A stretch of 63,791 bases of DNA, the filler included, from Octopus bimaculoides (taxonomy: Eukaryota): the NCBI RefSeq assembly GCF_001194135.2. It is 6 parts of 5 records of this genome, joined end to end, with 100 filler letters (N's around TTAATTAATTAA, not from the genome) between each part and the next. Parts side by side here need not be neighbours in the genome. Positions count along the whole stretch, not along the records: positions 39,232 to 55,206 come from NC_068989.1; positions 55,307 to 62,490 come from NC_068992.1; positions 62,591 to 63,791 come from NW_026309842.1; 3 more parts are not named here. One strand, given 5' to 3'. The notes under the pieces are model-generated. The model was not told the DNA's origin. It saw only the letters and a program-made list of their open reading frames with translations, and did no database searches. Shown in pieces: positions 50,683-63,748 of this stretch. Within the stretch, counting starts at the first letter, position 1. Every line of letters starts with the position of its first letter. The translations under genes were made by a program, and so were the position numbers.

Positions 50683-53481
50683 TGCATGTATGTATGTATG
50701 ATACGAGGTCTGATAAAAAATTATTGGGACTAGTGCTATAAAAAGAAAATTACAACGCATATCCAATCGACATTTAATCTTCTTCGAAGCAGTCCATTTC
50801 TGAAGCCACACACTTTATCCAGCACCGCTCACTTTGATGGAAGCATTCCTCGGACTCCTTTGAGGGTAGGGATAGCGAGCAGCTGCTGCATTGCATTCTC
50901 TTGGATTTCTTTGCCTTGAAATTTTGTTCCTTTCAAATGGAACTCCTTTCAAACCTTGGTTTCGGAGTCGTAACCATAGACCCACGATTAGTCACCTGTT
51001 ATGACTGTTTTCAAAACCTTTTCGTCTTCCTCAGCACAATCGAGAAGATCCTATGCAACTGGAACCCGATCTTCCTTTTAAGACGTCCACATTTCCAACA
51101 CTGCTATAAACAACGGATATGAGTGAGAATGTTATAACTTGGTCAATCTGTGCCAAGCGGCTTCATTCTGCGCACTTTAGTTCCGTTATCAAAGCAAGTC
51201 ACGATAGTTTTTGATAAGACCTCGTATGTATGTATGTATGTATGTATGTATGTATGTATGTATGTATGTATGCATGTATGTGTATATGCACACTGGTGTG
51301 TTTACAATCTGTGCTGAGCTATAGCTACAAACGTCAACGTTTTTAGCTATGCTACTAATCGGTGACATTTCTTGACATTTTCTGCGATCACTCAAACTGT
51401 CCAATAACTCTGTGCTTACAAATTCTTCTGGAATAAAAAAAAATCCCTTTCTTGAAAAGCAGCTGAGTGTTGATAACAGGGGGAGCATCCAGTTGTATCA
51501 ATCTTGCCTCAGATACCTTCATGTGCATGGAAAGAAGTACGTTAAACAAACAAAGATGAGCATTGTTCGGTTTTTATCCATATATGCATTTCATTATAAA
51601 AGCAAATGAGCAGAACATGAAAGCAAGATGTTCGCCAAAATTCATTTCAATTCTTGAAGTTTGAATTTATACCTTCGGCTTCATATGATAATAATAAGCT
51701 TTATCAAATGAATAAATGAAATTTGGCCGTCTTGAAACTCACCTGGAGCTTAATCCTAACCATTGAAATTCGTAATTGAAATGTTTTAAGTCTCTGAAAG
51801 ACAAATTTAAATAGAGATTTTTAGAAAATCACTTCATCATCCGCTGTGAAAACTACAGATTTGATATCGTATTTTTAAAACAAGCTATGCAATTTCCCTA
51901 CGGGTAGCAAAAGATTAAACTAATCATAATATTAAGGAAGAGCTAGTTAAACCTGGTATGTCTGTTTTTCTCAAAACAGTTCAATAAAAGGTGACAAAAA
52001 TGTTCAAATAATGCAATTAAAGCAATTGTACACTCAGCAACAGAATAGATGACAAGAGGCGACTTATTGAAAAACAATTTATTGAAAAGTTGAAATCAAG
52101 AAAATTCTCAATTCAAATGAATGAATGTCGTACAGAAAGGTGCGGGTCTGTTATTGGCATGTGTCAGATATATCGGATTCAGTTTTTGACACAAGGCTAA
52201 CAAGTTTGGGGCTGGGTGTAAGTCGATTATCTCGACTCTGATGATCAGCTAATACTTAATTTATCGACACCGAAAGGATGAAAGCCAAAGTCGACCTCGG
52301 TGGAATTGAATTCGGATGGATGATAAAGACGGACGAAATACCGCTAAGCATTTTTTCCGACGTGCTAACAATTCTGCCAGCTCACCTCCTTATATTAACC
52401 TAGAAGAATTTCAAGAAATGTCGATTTGTGAATCATTAAAAAAGAACCAATTCTGTTGGTGAAATATACAGCAAATTTATATCCATATGAACCAAAAAAT
52501 CTATATATATCAAACGCAAATATATCAAATGCGACATATGACGCGCCTGTCATGATTAGTAGTGGAGGCGCAATGGCCCAGTGGTTAGGGCAGTGGACTC
52601 GCGGTCATAGGATCGCGGTTTCGATTCCCAGACCGGACGTTGTGAGTGTTTATTGANNNNNNNNNNTCGATTCCCAGACCGGACGTTGTGAGTGTTTATT
52701 GAGCGAAAACACCTAAAGCTCCACGAGGCTCCGGCAGAGGATGGTGGCGAACCCTGCTTTACTCTTCCACCACAACTTTCACTCACTCTTACTTCCTGTT
52801 TCTCTTGTACCTGTAATTCAAAGGGTCAGCCTTGTCACACTGTGTCACGCTGAATATCCCCAAGAACTACGTTATGGGTACACGTGTCTGAGGAGTGCTC
52901 AGCCACTTGCACGTTAATTTCACGAGCAGGCTGTTCCGTTGATCGGATCAACTGGAACCCTCGACGTCGTAAGCGACGGAGTGCCAACATAATTGGTAAA
53001 AAAAGACACGATGTTTAAAACTGATAATGGATGACATTCCAAAATGGTTAGCTATGCATTTTATTTGTATCAAGTGAGAAAAACTTGGTTACAGTGATTA
53101 TCTCCTCCGAACTGCACGAAGATACTGCATCATATGATTAAATCCATCAACTTCGTCAAAGGGAATTCGCATTGTAAACATCTGTTGAAGACATTATGTG
53201 GAAATACAAATGCAGAACATGCGAGATTCTTGCACCACATGGGAATAAGACGATTGTCAACTAAAACAATTTGCAGAAAAGGTTTGCCTTCTCAGAGTTT
53301 TTTCACGAATATCATTTAATCAGATAGTTGGGAACTTTCGGAAATTGATGATACGAACAACTTCGATTGCCTCATTCATCTGGAAAATGTGTTGGATTCT
53401 TTTTAACCCATAGGGTTCTACTTCAGCTGAAATAAACAATGGGGTTGCTGTTCAATACCTACAAGCATATACATGTATTTG

Positions 53482-53524
<43 letters not shown>

Positions 53525-54426
53525 TGCGTGTATTTATTTATATANNNNNNNNNNNNNNNNNNNNNNNNNNNNNNNNNNNNNNNNNNNNNNNNNNNNNNNN
53601 NNNNNNNNNNNNNNNNNNNNNNNNNNNNNNNNNNNNNNNNNNNNNNNNNNNNNNNNNNNNNNNNNNNNNNNNNNNNNNNNNNNNNNNNNNNNNNNNNNNN
53701 NNNNNNNNNNNNNNNNNNNNNNNNNNNNNNNNNNNNNNNNNNNNNNNNNNNNNNNNNNNNNNNNNNNNNNNNNNNNNNNNNNNNNNNNNNNNNNNNNNNN
53801 NNNNNNNNNNNNNNNNNNNNNNNNNNNNNNNNNNNNNNNNNNNNNNNNNNNNNNNNNNNNNNNNNNNNNNNNNNNNNNNNNNNNNNNNNNNNNNNNNNNN
53901 NNNNNNNNNNNNNNNNNNNNNNNNNNNNNNNNNNNNNNNNNNNNNNNNNNNNNNNNNNNNNNNNNNNNNNNNNNNNNNNNNNNNNNNNNNNNNNNNNNNN
54001 NNNNNNNNNNNNNNNNNNNNNNNNNNNNNNNNNNNNNNNNNNNNNNNNNNNNNNNNNNNNNNNNNNNNNNNNNNNNNNNNNNNNNNNNNNNNNNNNNNNN
54101 NNNNNNNNNNNNNNNNNNNNNNNNNNNNNNNNNNNNNNNNNNNNNNNNNNNNNNNNNNNNNNNNNNNNNNNNNNNNNNNNNNNNNNNNNNNNNNNNNNNN
54201 NNNNNNNNNNNNNNNNNNNNNNNNNNNNNNNNNNNNNNNNNNNNNNNNNNNNNNNNNNNNNNNNNNNNNNNNNNNNNNNNNNNNNNNNNNNNNNNNNNNN
54301 NNNNNNNNNNNNNNNNNNNNNNNNNNNNNNNNNNNNNNNNNNNNNNNNNNNNNNNNNNNNNNNNNNNNNNNNNNNNNNNNNNTATATATATATATATATA
54401 TATATAACGTGTGCGTGTGTTTGTTT

Positions 54427-54504
<78 letters not shown>

Positions 54505-54996
54505 CACCACCTCTTGTCTATTTTAGTCATACAATTTGTAACAAAGAACTTCTTGGCCGTTAACATTCCTTTACCATTTAAATTCCTGTTTTCTCTTCCG
54601 GATCCTTTTTCCTTCCAATTTTATTAGTTATGCTGATATATGTGTAATCATAGGCTTTTGAAAAATATGCACACTTAGACAGTATTAAGCAGCTTTTCCT
54701 CAAACGTTTATTTAATACCTTATACATGCGCGCGATCACACTCAAAGGAGAGAAGATAAGACAAATGCCCCATTACTAACTCACCCAAACATCCAAAACA
54801 AATTAATAATACACTTGCCACATGCAATTGTATCATATACAAACACCATGTCGCAAAAATAACAACTAATAAAGAGACCAGAAGGACACAACTCTACTGT
54901 GATTAACCGAGTCGTGAGATTCGAGTTGCGACAGATCAGTTTCAGCTTCAATAAAAAAATTGAGCACTCGTTCGTCTGACATTAACCAACGTACAT

Positions 54997-55039
<43 letters not shown>

Positions 55040-55206
55040 ACACTTGCGCAGGCACACACATATACTGGTGCACATACATACACAAGCATACAGACATATT
55101 CACGCACATATCGACTGAACAGCTATTGTGCAACAAATATATCACACGTGATTCTTTTTGTTTCAGATGTCATTGAAGAATTCAATGGTAACATTAGAAA
55201 TCAAAC
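40225..55206 (+). CDS. AQP3/7/9/10-like: Aquaglyceroporin (MIP family, AQP3/7/9/10 class) gene; first four coding exons, 3' half missing
   Basis: Splicing 40225-40302, 44432-44552, 49613-49750 and 55167-55206 via GT-AG introns gives [126 protein letters not shown]. It has the AEFLGT motif, the [13 protein letters not shown] signature, and intron positions/phases (0,1,1) that match vertebrate aquaglyceroporins as I recall them. Exact orthology not assignable. Confidence 0.93.
42141..42436. mobile_element. ~300-bp element bounded by 23-bp inverted repeats (aquaporin intron 1)
   Basis: aaaataatcaacaaggatatcca (42141-42163) versus the reverse complement of 42414-42436: 22/23 identical. Confidence 0.6.
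43441..43790 (+). mobile_element. 5'-truncated R4/Dong-type LINE 3' end inserted in (AAT)n
   Basis: Intact frame [47 protein letters not shown] (43441-43584), typical of the RLE-LINE C-terminus; ~100-bp 3' UTR; (AAT)n on both sides. Confidence 0.88.
43975..44330 (+). mobile_element. L1/Tx1-like LINE 3' end fragment
   Basis: [23 protein letters not shown]... C-terminal remnant followed by a GC-richer 3' UTR and T-rich tail; family assignment from recall. Confidence 0.45.
44432..44552 (+). CDS. Aquaglyceroporin coding exon 2 (end of TM1, loop A, TM2)
   Basis: Poly-T tract plus ttacAG acceptor; 121 nt encoding SFVMGSSAQ...GIYISGGVS(G); donor GTAATT at 44553, phase 1. Confidence 0.92.
44605..44773. 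repeat. Degenerate ~13-bp minisatellite (YTAATGAGCTGTC)n in aquaporin intron 2
   Basis: About 13 imperfect units with a recurring TAATGA/CTAAT core. Confidence 0.65.
44920..45242. mobile_element. AT-rich fold-back (MITE-like) inverted repeat with ~145-160-bp arms
   Basis: 44920-45078 is the reverse complement of ~45100-45242 apart from a 15-bp insertion in the left arm; loop ~22 nt. Confidence 0.9.
48391..48950. mobile_element. Fold-back (MITE-like) inverted repeat with ~260-bp arms
   Basis: 48391-~48650 is the reverse complement of ~48686-48950 (catttgccacctaaatgtg / cacatttaggtggcaaat); the left end abuts a gap. Confidence 0.9.
49613..49750 (+). CDS. Aquaglyceroporin coding exon 3 (NPA1, TM3)
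   Basis: tccAG acceptor; 138 nt encoding GGHLNPAVT...QYGICY(D); donor GTAAGG at 49751. Confidence 0.95.
50704..51224 (-). mobile_element. Mariner deletion derivative inserted at a TA in a (TATG)n tract
   Basis: TIRs cgaggtctgataaaaaattat / reverse complement cgaggtcttatcaaaaactat, TA on both sides; remnants [18 protein letters not shown] fused to C-terminal LKGTKF...[15 protein letters not shown]. Confidence 0.88.
55167..55206 (+). CDS. Aquaglyceroporin coding exon 4, truncated by assembly gap
   Basis: ttctttttgtttcAG acceptor in the expected phase; [14 protein letters not shown] resembles the start of loop C that normally leads into TAGIFATYP; sequence runs into N at 55207. Confidence 0.75.
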
Positions 55207-55306
55207 NNNNNNNNNNNNNNNNNNNNNNNNNNNNNNNNNNNNNNNNNNNNTTAATTAATTAANNNNNNNNNNNNNNNNNNNNNNNNNNNNNNNNNNNNNN
55301 NNNNNN
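55207..55306. other. 100-bp artificial gap spacer (44 N + TTAATTAATTAA + 44 N); also centred at 29850, 37320, 39176 and 62535
   Basis: Identical 12-mer with stop codons in all six frames centred in same-size N blocks five times. Confidence 0.95.
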
Positions 55307-55940
55307 TTTATTTTCATATTTTTATATTATCACTAGCATTATAACCTGACCTTGTCCGGGTGTGACTTATTACGCCATCTACGATAAGTCTTGCTAGGTG
55401 AAAATCAACTAAAAAGGAAAGCCTTACAACAAAAAACCCTTATGATGTAAATATGTTCATTATTCAAAAGACGATGAAATTAATAGGGAAAGTCTGAAGG
55501 CTGTTTTGCGTAACATTATTAAGCGTATGTAAATTTCATCCGTCTAATTGGCTGTAGAAATGCTTGTGCAAAACAACTTTTTGCGCTGCCCTGATTATAT
55601 ATAGCAGGTTAATCCCTTTTAGCAGGAGGCAGGATGGCAATTTCTGATGAAGCAATTGCTGGCGATCTGTTGCTACACAGTTTTGCCAGAATTCTATCAG
55701 ATTAGGCAGAAGATGTTGATGCACCATTTTGCATTATGTTCAAAGTAGCTTCTGGAATGTGGTGAATTGCTGCAGTCTGTTGCTGTCATTTTAAATTGGT
55801 TGCTTTCTTTCCCCAGCAAACTCTCTTCTTTGGAGGCATAATCTATGTATATATTAAACAGAACAACAAAAGTTATAATAGATGGCAGGGTCAGTAATTT
55901 TCACATTTCTGTAATTTTTCAGATTAACACTCGCACGATT

Positions 55941-56075
55941 ACCCAACCCTAACCCTAAAACCCTAAACCTAACCCTAACACTAACCCAAAACCCTAACCC
56001 TAACCTTAAAACCCTAACCATAACACTAACCCTAATCCTAACCCTAAACCCTAACCCTAAAACCCTAACACCCTA
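55941..56075. repeat. Interstitial degenerate telomere-like (CCCTAA)n array; short second copy ~56416-56437
   Basis: About 20 CCCTAA-like units with variants (CCCTAAAA, CACTAA, CCTTAA). Confidence 0.85.
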
Positions 56076-56323
56076 GTGAAAATCGTGGTGTATTTACCAA
56101 ACATTGACGAACATGAGTTATTTTGTAGTCAATGATTGTGTGTACAGGTAGAAGGGAAGAAATATAAAAGTTGCTAGAAACAACAGCCAAATCTCCTTTA
56201 AATCACACAAAGGAAACAGAATTTTAAAATGTTTACATCAATGGAATTTTTTCGACGTGAACTTTCCAATGCAGTAATTATGCGCTCAACATATAATATA
56301 TAGAGTAAGAGTAAAAGAGGGGA

Positions 56324-56383
<60 letters not shown>

Positions 56384-57582
56384 NNNNNNNNNNGAGAGAG
56401 AGAGAGTGATACATAAACCCTAACACTAACACCCTAATGAAAATCGTGGTATATTGACGAACATGAGTTATAGTGTAGTGAATGTTTTGTGAGAGAGAAG
56501 AGGAAGAGAGGAAGAGAGAGAGAGAGCGGGAGAGAGGAAGAGAGATGGTAGCAATGAAGAGAGAGAAAGAGAGAACGGAAGACAGTTATAAAATAGCAAT
56601 GCGTGCACGTGTTTATATAAGAAACACAGAAACTAAATCTTATATCTATAATGTTGAATTGTGTATGTGTTTATGTNNNNNNNNNNNNNNNNNNNNNNNN
56701 NNNNNNNNNNNNNNNNNNNNNNNNNNNNNNNNNNNNNNNNNNNNNNNNNNNNNNNNNNNNNNNNNNNNNNNNNNNNNNNNNNNNNNNNNNNNNNNNNNNN
56801 NNNNNNNNNNNNNNNNNNNNNNNNNNNNNNNNNNNNNNNNNNNNNNNNNNNNNNNNNNNNNNNNNNNNNNNNNNNNNNNNNNNNNNNNNNNNNNNNNNNN
56901 NNNNNNNNNNNNNNNNNNNNNNNNNNNNNNNNNNNNNNNNNNNNNNNNNNNNNNNNNNNNNNNNNNNNNNNNNNNNNNNNNNNNNNNNNNNNNNNNNNNN
57001 NNNNNNNNNNNNNNNNNNNNNNNNNNNNNNNNNNNNNNNNNNNNNNNNNNNNNNNNNNNNNNNNNNNNNNNNNNNNNNNNNNNNNNNNNNNNNNNNNNNN
57101 NNNNNNNNNNNNNNNNNNNNNNNNNNNNNNNNNNNNNNNNNNNNNNNNNNNNNNNNNNNNNNNNNNNNNNNNNNNNNNNNNNNNNNNNNNNNNNNNNNNN
57201 NNNNNNNNNNNNNNNNNNNNNNNNNNNNNNNNNNNNNNNNNNNNNNNNNNNNNNNNNNNNNNNNNNNNNNNNNNNNNNNNNNNNNNNNNNNNNNNNNNNN
57301 NNNNNNNNNNNNNNNNNNNNNNNNNNNNNNNNNNNNNNNNNNNNNNNNNNNNNNNNNNNNNNNNNNNNNNNNNNNNNNNNNNNNNNNNNNNNNNNNNNNN
57401 NNNNNNNNNNNNNNNNNNNNNNNNNNNNNNNNNNNNNNNNNNNNNNNNNNNNNNNNNNNNNNNNNNNNNNNNNNNNNNNNNNNNNNNNNNNNNNNNNNNN
57501 NNNNNNNNNNNNNNNNNNNNNNNNNNNNNNNNNNNNNNNNNNNNNNNNNNNNNNNNNNNNNNNNNNNNNNNNNNNNNNNNNN

Positions 57583-57617
<35 letters not shown>

Positions 57618-57899
57618 CAAAGATACGCAAGATAGTTGTTGTTTGTGAGTGAAGCACTATTTATTACTTGTTCCATATCTGTATTCAAAAACATTTCATT
57701 TCTATTGCTAGGGTGCAAAATTGGTTACGTATGGCCATTGAAGTTCTGAGTTCAAATCTGGATGTGGTCAACCTTGCTGTTTATTCTTCAGTGGTCATTA
57801 AAATAAGCTCTCGTTAAGTACATGAGTTTGGTTTAATTGATGTTGCCTCTCTTTCTCTCAGTAAACCTGTGGCCCTGTTGTTGTTGTTGTTATTGTTGT

Positions 57900-58130
57900 T
57901 GTTCAGCATCATTACCATTGTCATCGTCATCGTCATTGTCATCATGATTGTCATCATCATCATCATCATCATCATCAACATCATAGTCGTCATTGTTGTC
58001 ATCATCATAATTGTCATTGTTGTCGTCATCATCATCATCATTATGTTCATCATCATCATCATTATGTTCATCATCATCATCATTATGTTCATCATCATCA
58101 TCATTATGTTCATCATCATCATCATCGTCA
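57900..58130. repeat. (CAT)n-type compound trinucleotide repeat
   Basis: Directly visible; the source of the poly-Met and poly-Ile ORFs in the track. Confidence 0.95.
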
Positions 58131-58248
58131 TCCTCCTCCTGGTGGGAGGGTCAATAAAATAAACCATCAGTCGCTTTAATTGACTAATCCCTTTTCTCAA
58201 ATGGCTGGTATTGTGCCCAAATTTGAAATCATTATTATTATTATCATT

Positions 58249-58279
<31 letters not shown>

Positions 58280-59402
58280 CTGTTATATACATTTACAACC
58301 ATTATATAATGTCAAGATAAGGGTACACATAAACACACACATATGTGTGTGTGTGTATATTTGTGTGTGTGTGTGTATGCTTGTCTGTGTGTGTGTGTGC
58401 GTTCACGTACACCCCTGTGTTGACACCACATAATGGTTGTAAATGAGCATCGTCACCATCATCATCATACAAGTGATGCTGCTCGTTTCCAGTCTTCCAT
58501 GAAAAACATGCCAGACCATGGGAAAATATTGGGGACAGGTAGAGCATCCAGCCATAGAAAATCCATTTCAACAAATTCCGTCTGACCCATGCAAGCACAG
58601 AAAAGTGGACGTTAAGTGACGATGGTATATTTTTGTTTCTCTGATTTCTCAGATTCATTGTGCTGTGGATTTTATAGTGCTTTTATTAGATGGATGAAAA
58701 TTCTTTTCCTGCATGAGAATTTGAACCTGGCACTACTAAGTAACAAGCTCTCCACTTGTTTTACGATGTAACCATTTTTCACATCTGTGGATTACATTAT
58801 GTCAGTGTATCTTATCTACCGACAGCTGTTTACATCTGTCTTTAAATAGTTTATATAACAATATTCCATAATGTGATTGTCTGCAAGATCAAAGACCAAA
58901 TATATATATAATCAAACTGATACATCAAGGAACTGCATATGCGTGTGTATGTGAACGTGTGCGTGTGTGTGTGCATGTGAGTGCATATAAGTGTGTGCAT
59001 TTGTGTGTGCGTGTGTACATGTGCATGGTAAATATTGTTAGTTTTTTTTTTCCTTTTTGGCAGGAGGGGTACGGCTATGAAATAATAACTGGTCTTCATC
59101 CTTTATCAAGTGCAGAAGCCTCCTAAATATAATATCTAATATAGTGTAACATTTAATACTAGAGCAGTGGTCAGCAAAGCCTTCCCTCGATTGAGCAATA
59201 TTAGTAGTGATAGGTAGGAAGTGTTCATAAATCTACTCTTTGGTCTTGTAATCACACTATAAAATGATTTTAGTCCTTGTTAGACAATTCAAAATACATT
59301 GACGTTATTGGTAGAAATACACAACATAAAATTAAGGACCTACCAAAGCTAATAGGAAACAAAAATCTTTGGTGAAGCATTATGAATCACAAGAATGAAG
59401 TT

Positions 59403-59612
59403 AGCTTCTGTAAAGCCAGACTTACTGGAGACCTACTCTCTTTCATCACCTACCAGTGGGAGCTTGCCCTAGATAAATTGATTGAAAGCAATATACTGTT
59501 GCTCTTGTTATGCGCAAAACATTCAACCATGTCTGGTTTGTGAATCTCTTGTCAAGACTACAGACTCCATCCTCTCATCCCTTGTATTGGTAACTTTTTA
59601 TCAGATTGCACT
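59403..59612 (+). mobile_element. CR1/L2/Jockey-group LINE reverse-transcriptase fragment
   Basis: SFCKARLTGDLLSFITYQWELALDK...(frameshift) VALVMRKTFNHVWFVNLLSRL...NFLSD resembles the RT motif VALDxxKAFDxVWHxxLLxKL. Confidence 0.7.
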
Positions 59613-60774
59613 GAGCTCTCTTCTTTCCCAGCTTTATTAGTTACGGTGTGCCTAAGAGACTAATTTTATCACTCACTATTTGTTTCTACAACATGGCTCT
59701 GTGTTTAGAGTGTCAGGGTTAACAATCAGGAGGAAGTGAGTTCGATTCCTGGACTGGGTTGTGTGTTGTGCTCTTGAGCAAGACACTTTATTTCACATTG
59801 ATCCAGTTCACTCAGCTGTAGAAATGAGTTGTGACATCACTGGTGCCATGCTGTATCGGCCTTTGCCTTTCCCTTGGACAACATTAATGGCATGGATAAG
59901 GGAGGCTGGTATGCATGGGTGATTGCTGGTCTTCCATATCACAACTTTGCCTGGACTTGTGCCTCAGAGGGGAACATTCTAGGTGCAATCCCATGATCAT
60001 TCATGACCGAAGGGGGTCTAAACCATTAAAGAAGAAGAAGAAGATGACGACAAAGGTGGAGGAGGAGTAGGATGAGAAGAAGAAGACGGTGGAGGAGGGG
60101 GGAGAAGGAGGAGGAGGAGGAGGAGAGGAAGAAGAAGAAGAAGAATCTGATATTCTGCCTTGGCAGAAATTAATTTGAATAATGGTTTGAAATATTTTGG
60201 CATAAGGCTGGCAATTTTAGTGGAGAAAGACTAAGTCATATACATTGACTCCCTGTATTTGGTCGGTATTTATTTTATTGACTCCATAAAGATGAGATGT
60301 GAAGTGGATCTTGGCAGGATTTGAACTGAAAATGTAAAAAGCTGGAAGAAATGCTGTCAAGCATTTTGTTCATCCTGGATGCTGATTCTGCCAGCTTCTG
60401 TTTCAAGTGATTCAGATGATAAAGTATTGAAGTAAATGGTGTGAGGAAGAGGTGGGGGAAAAAGAAAGAAGTTTACTGTCATGGCTGCTTGCGTATATAT
60501 TCTGAGAGAGAGAAAGAGAGAGAGTGGAGGAGATGGGGAGGATAGAGAAACATGTAAAGAGGGAGAGAGAGAGAGAGAGAGAGAGAATTATAAAGAAGTG
60601 TTTCTGTTTAGGTTATGAAGTGAATAAAATGGAATGGTGATGGGGAAGTAACTGGTACAGCGGGGACAGCAAAAGGGAAGAAATTTGCAGAGCCCTCACC
60701 ATTTCTTCCCATTTCAACTATCTTTAGATCCTCTGGCTCCAACACAGTCTGGTGTTTGGGGTGGTGGTGAAGGC

Positions 60775-61735
60775 AGTTGTGGTGGTGGTATATGGTGATA
60801 TATGGTGGTGGTGGTGGTAATGGTAGTGGTGTTGGCGATGGCAGTTGTGGTGGTGGTTGTGGTGGTGGTTGTGGTGGTGGTGGTGGTGGTGATGGTAGTG
60901 GTGGTATGTGGTGGTAGAGGTGGTGATGGTTGTTATGGCAGTTGTGGTAGCAGTTGTGGTGACAGTTGTGGTGGTGGTTGTGGTAGTGGTGGTGNNNNNN
61001 NNNNNNNNNNNNNNNNNNNNNNNNNNNNNNNNNNNNNNNNNNNNNNNNNNNNNNNNNNNNNNNNNNNNNNNNNNNNNNNNNNNNNNNNNNNNNNNNNNNN
61101 NNNNNNNNNNNNNNNNNNNNNNNNNNNNNNNNNNNNNNNNNNNNNNNNNNNNNNNNNNNNNNNNNNNNNNNNNNNNNNNNNNNNNNNNNNNNNNNNNNNN
61201 NNNNNNNNNNNNNNNNNNNNNNNNNNNNNNNNNNNNNNNNNNNNNNNNNNNNNNNNNNNNNNNNNNNNNNNNNNNNNNNNNNNNNNNNNNNNNNNNNNNN
61301 NNNNNNNNNNNNNNNNNNNNNNNNNNNNNNNNNNNNNNNNNNNNNNNNNNNNNNNNNNNNNNNNNNNNNNNNNNNNNNNNNNNNNNNNNNNNNNNNNNNN
61401 NNNNNNNNNNNNNNNNNNNNNNNNNNNNNNNNNNNNNNNNNNNNNNNNNNNNNNNNNNNNNNNNNNNNNNNNNNNNNNNNNNNNNNNNNNNNNNNNNNNN
61501 NNNNNNNNNNNNNNNNNNNNNNNNNNNNNNNNNNNNNNNNNNNNNNNNNNNNNNNNNNNNNNNNNNNNNNNNNNNNNNNNNNNNNNNNNNNNNNNNNNNN
61601 NNNNNNNNNNNNNNNNNNNNNNNNNNNNNNNNNNNNNNNNNNNNNNNNNNNNNNNNNNNNNNNNNNNNNNNNNNNNNNNNNGTGTGTGGTGGTGATGGTG
61701 GTGGTGGTGGTGGTGGTGGTGGTCGTGATGGTGGT
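60775..61735. repeat. (GGT)n-type compound repeat spanning an N gap
   Basis: Directly visible on both sides of the 60995-61681 gap. Confidence 0.9.
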
Positions 61736-62661
61736 GGCAGCTATGGCAATGCCAGCCACACTAATGACCACAGTGATAACAGTCAACAGGAAGGACAATA
61801 CTGTTGCCGTTAGTGACGATGTTTCTGGTCAAGATATAGACTTCAAATATGGAACTAAATTGGAAACATATTTTCATTGAATATCAAAGGCAGCACCATT
61901 TATTTTCCATTTCCTAAGTTCGTCTGTATATAAATGCACCTCAAACAGATAAGCGCCAGTCGCTGATGAGAAGATCGATAAAGCTGACACCTTAAAGACT
62001 GATTGAGAGATACCATCGATCATATAAGGTCAGTGAGTAGACTATTGTTATCTCATGAGTGCATGGAGTAATTCATATTTACATTTTTATTGTTGTACAT
62101 TAATTTTTTTCATGAATATATATGAAAAGGTTGTGGAGATGGGAGCGAGCTATCAGAAGATATTTCTACAGCACACCACTTGGCTTTGGAATAGGAATAG
62201 AATAGTAGAACTGCTACTTAACCCATTTGTTACGATGTTTCTTTTGAAATGTGTAGCGTTTGTTTCAGTTAATTTGAAAATAATAAAGAATTTAGTGGAA
62301 TGAGCTTGGAATATAGGAGTGGCTGTGTAGTAAGTAGCTTGCTTACCAATCACGTGGTTCCAGGGTCAGTCCCACTGTGTGGCACCTTGGGCAAGTGTCT
62401 TCTGCTATAGCTTTGGGCCAACTAAAGCCTTGTGAGTGGATTTGGTAGATGGAAACTGAAAGAAGCCTATCATATGTATGTATATATATANNNNNNNNNN
62501 NNNNNNNNNNNNNNNNNNNNNNNNNNNNNNNNNNTTAATTAATTAANNNNNNNNNNNNNNNNNNNNNNNNNNNNNNNNNNNNNNNNNNNNCACATGGTTC
62601 CGGGTTCAGACCCACTGCGTAACACCTTGGGCGAGTGTCTTTTACTATTACATCGGGTCAA

Positions 62662-62725
<64 letters not shown>

Positions 62726-62783
62726 NNNNNNNNNNNNNNNNNNNNNNNNNNNNNNNNNNCTCACACACACACACACACATACA

Positions 62784-62840
<57 letters not shown>

Positions 62841-63748
62841 GTATGTATGCGTGTGTATTTGTGTATGCACATAAATACACGTGCACATAGGACAAAGTAT
62901 GTCAACATTAATCGGCGTATCAAACTGTTCTAGCTTGAAAAATCTAAAATACACCTCCCAGGGACAACATGACTGGATGTATAATATTTATAGACGTTCA
63001 GGATTGTTTCGGCGCCATCATAACCCACCCAAACCTCTATATATCTCTAGCGTTTCCCAAGACCATAGTTTCTCTGAATTGGTTTTTAAAGACCAGATCA
63101 ACTCCACTCGACATTGCTTAAATTTGGGAAAATACCGCCATCTGGTGGTTTCTCTCTTGTGTGTGAGTGTTTGTGAACGAAATTAGGCACAAACGAGTGG
63201 AAGATATAACGGAGAAAACAAACCAATAATGTTCCCTCGTCAGCTGATTATTCGGGAATTTTTGTAGTTTCGATGCGATAGAATAAGACCGCTGGCCTAA
63301 TGACTTTAGTTACTGTCGTATGCGGATGTATGTTTATCAGAGATTTGAAAAAGTGGAGAAAGACTAGGAAAGAAGTGATACATTAAATGTCTAATATACG
63401 TCTGACACGACTGGAAAATAGATCAAGTTTACATTTTCTACTCCACTCACTCACAAAAAAGGAAAAAAAAAAATAGAAGCCAAAAGACAGAAATACAGAC
63501 AAATCTTGAAGTTTAAACTACTTTGGGATCTTATTAAATTTCTTCCAACCATACAACGTCTTATAAAATGTCGTCCTTTCAGTTTTTTTTTAGAAATTGT
63601 GGTGTATTCTAAAGAAGATTTAGCTGTTATTTCTAGCGGGTCAAGGAGCCACGTACAGGGTTCTTCATCGTTGTCTTTGCTGATTTCCATGACAACAGAC
63701 AGTTCCTATCTACGATATATTGGCTAAGGACGCCATTCATTGGTTAAA

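Noticed and set aside
52617-52700. Apparent internal duplication in SINE C
   Set aside because: The identical repeat straddles a 10-N gap, so it is most likely a contig-overlap artefact.
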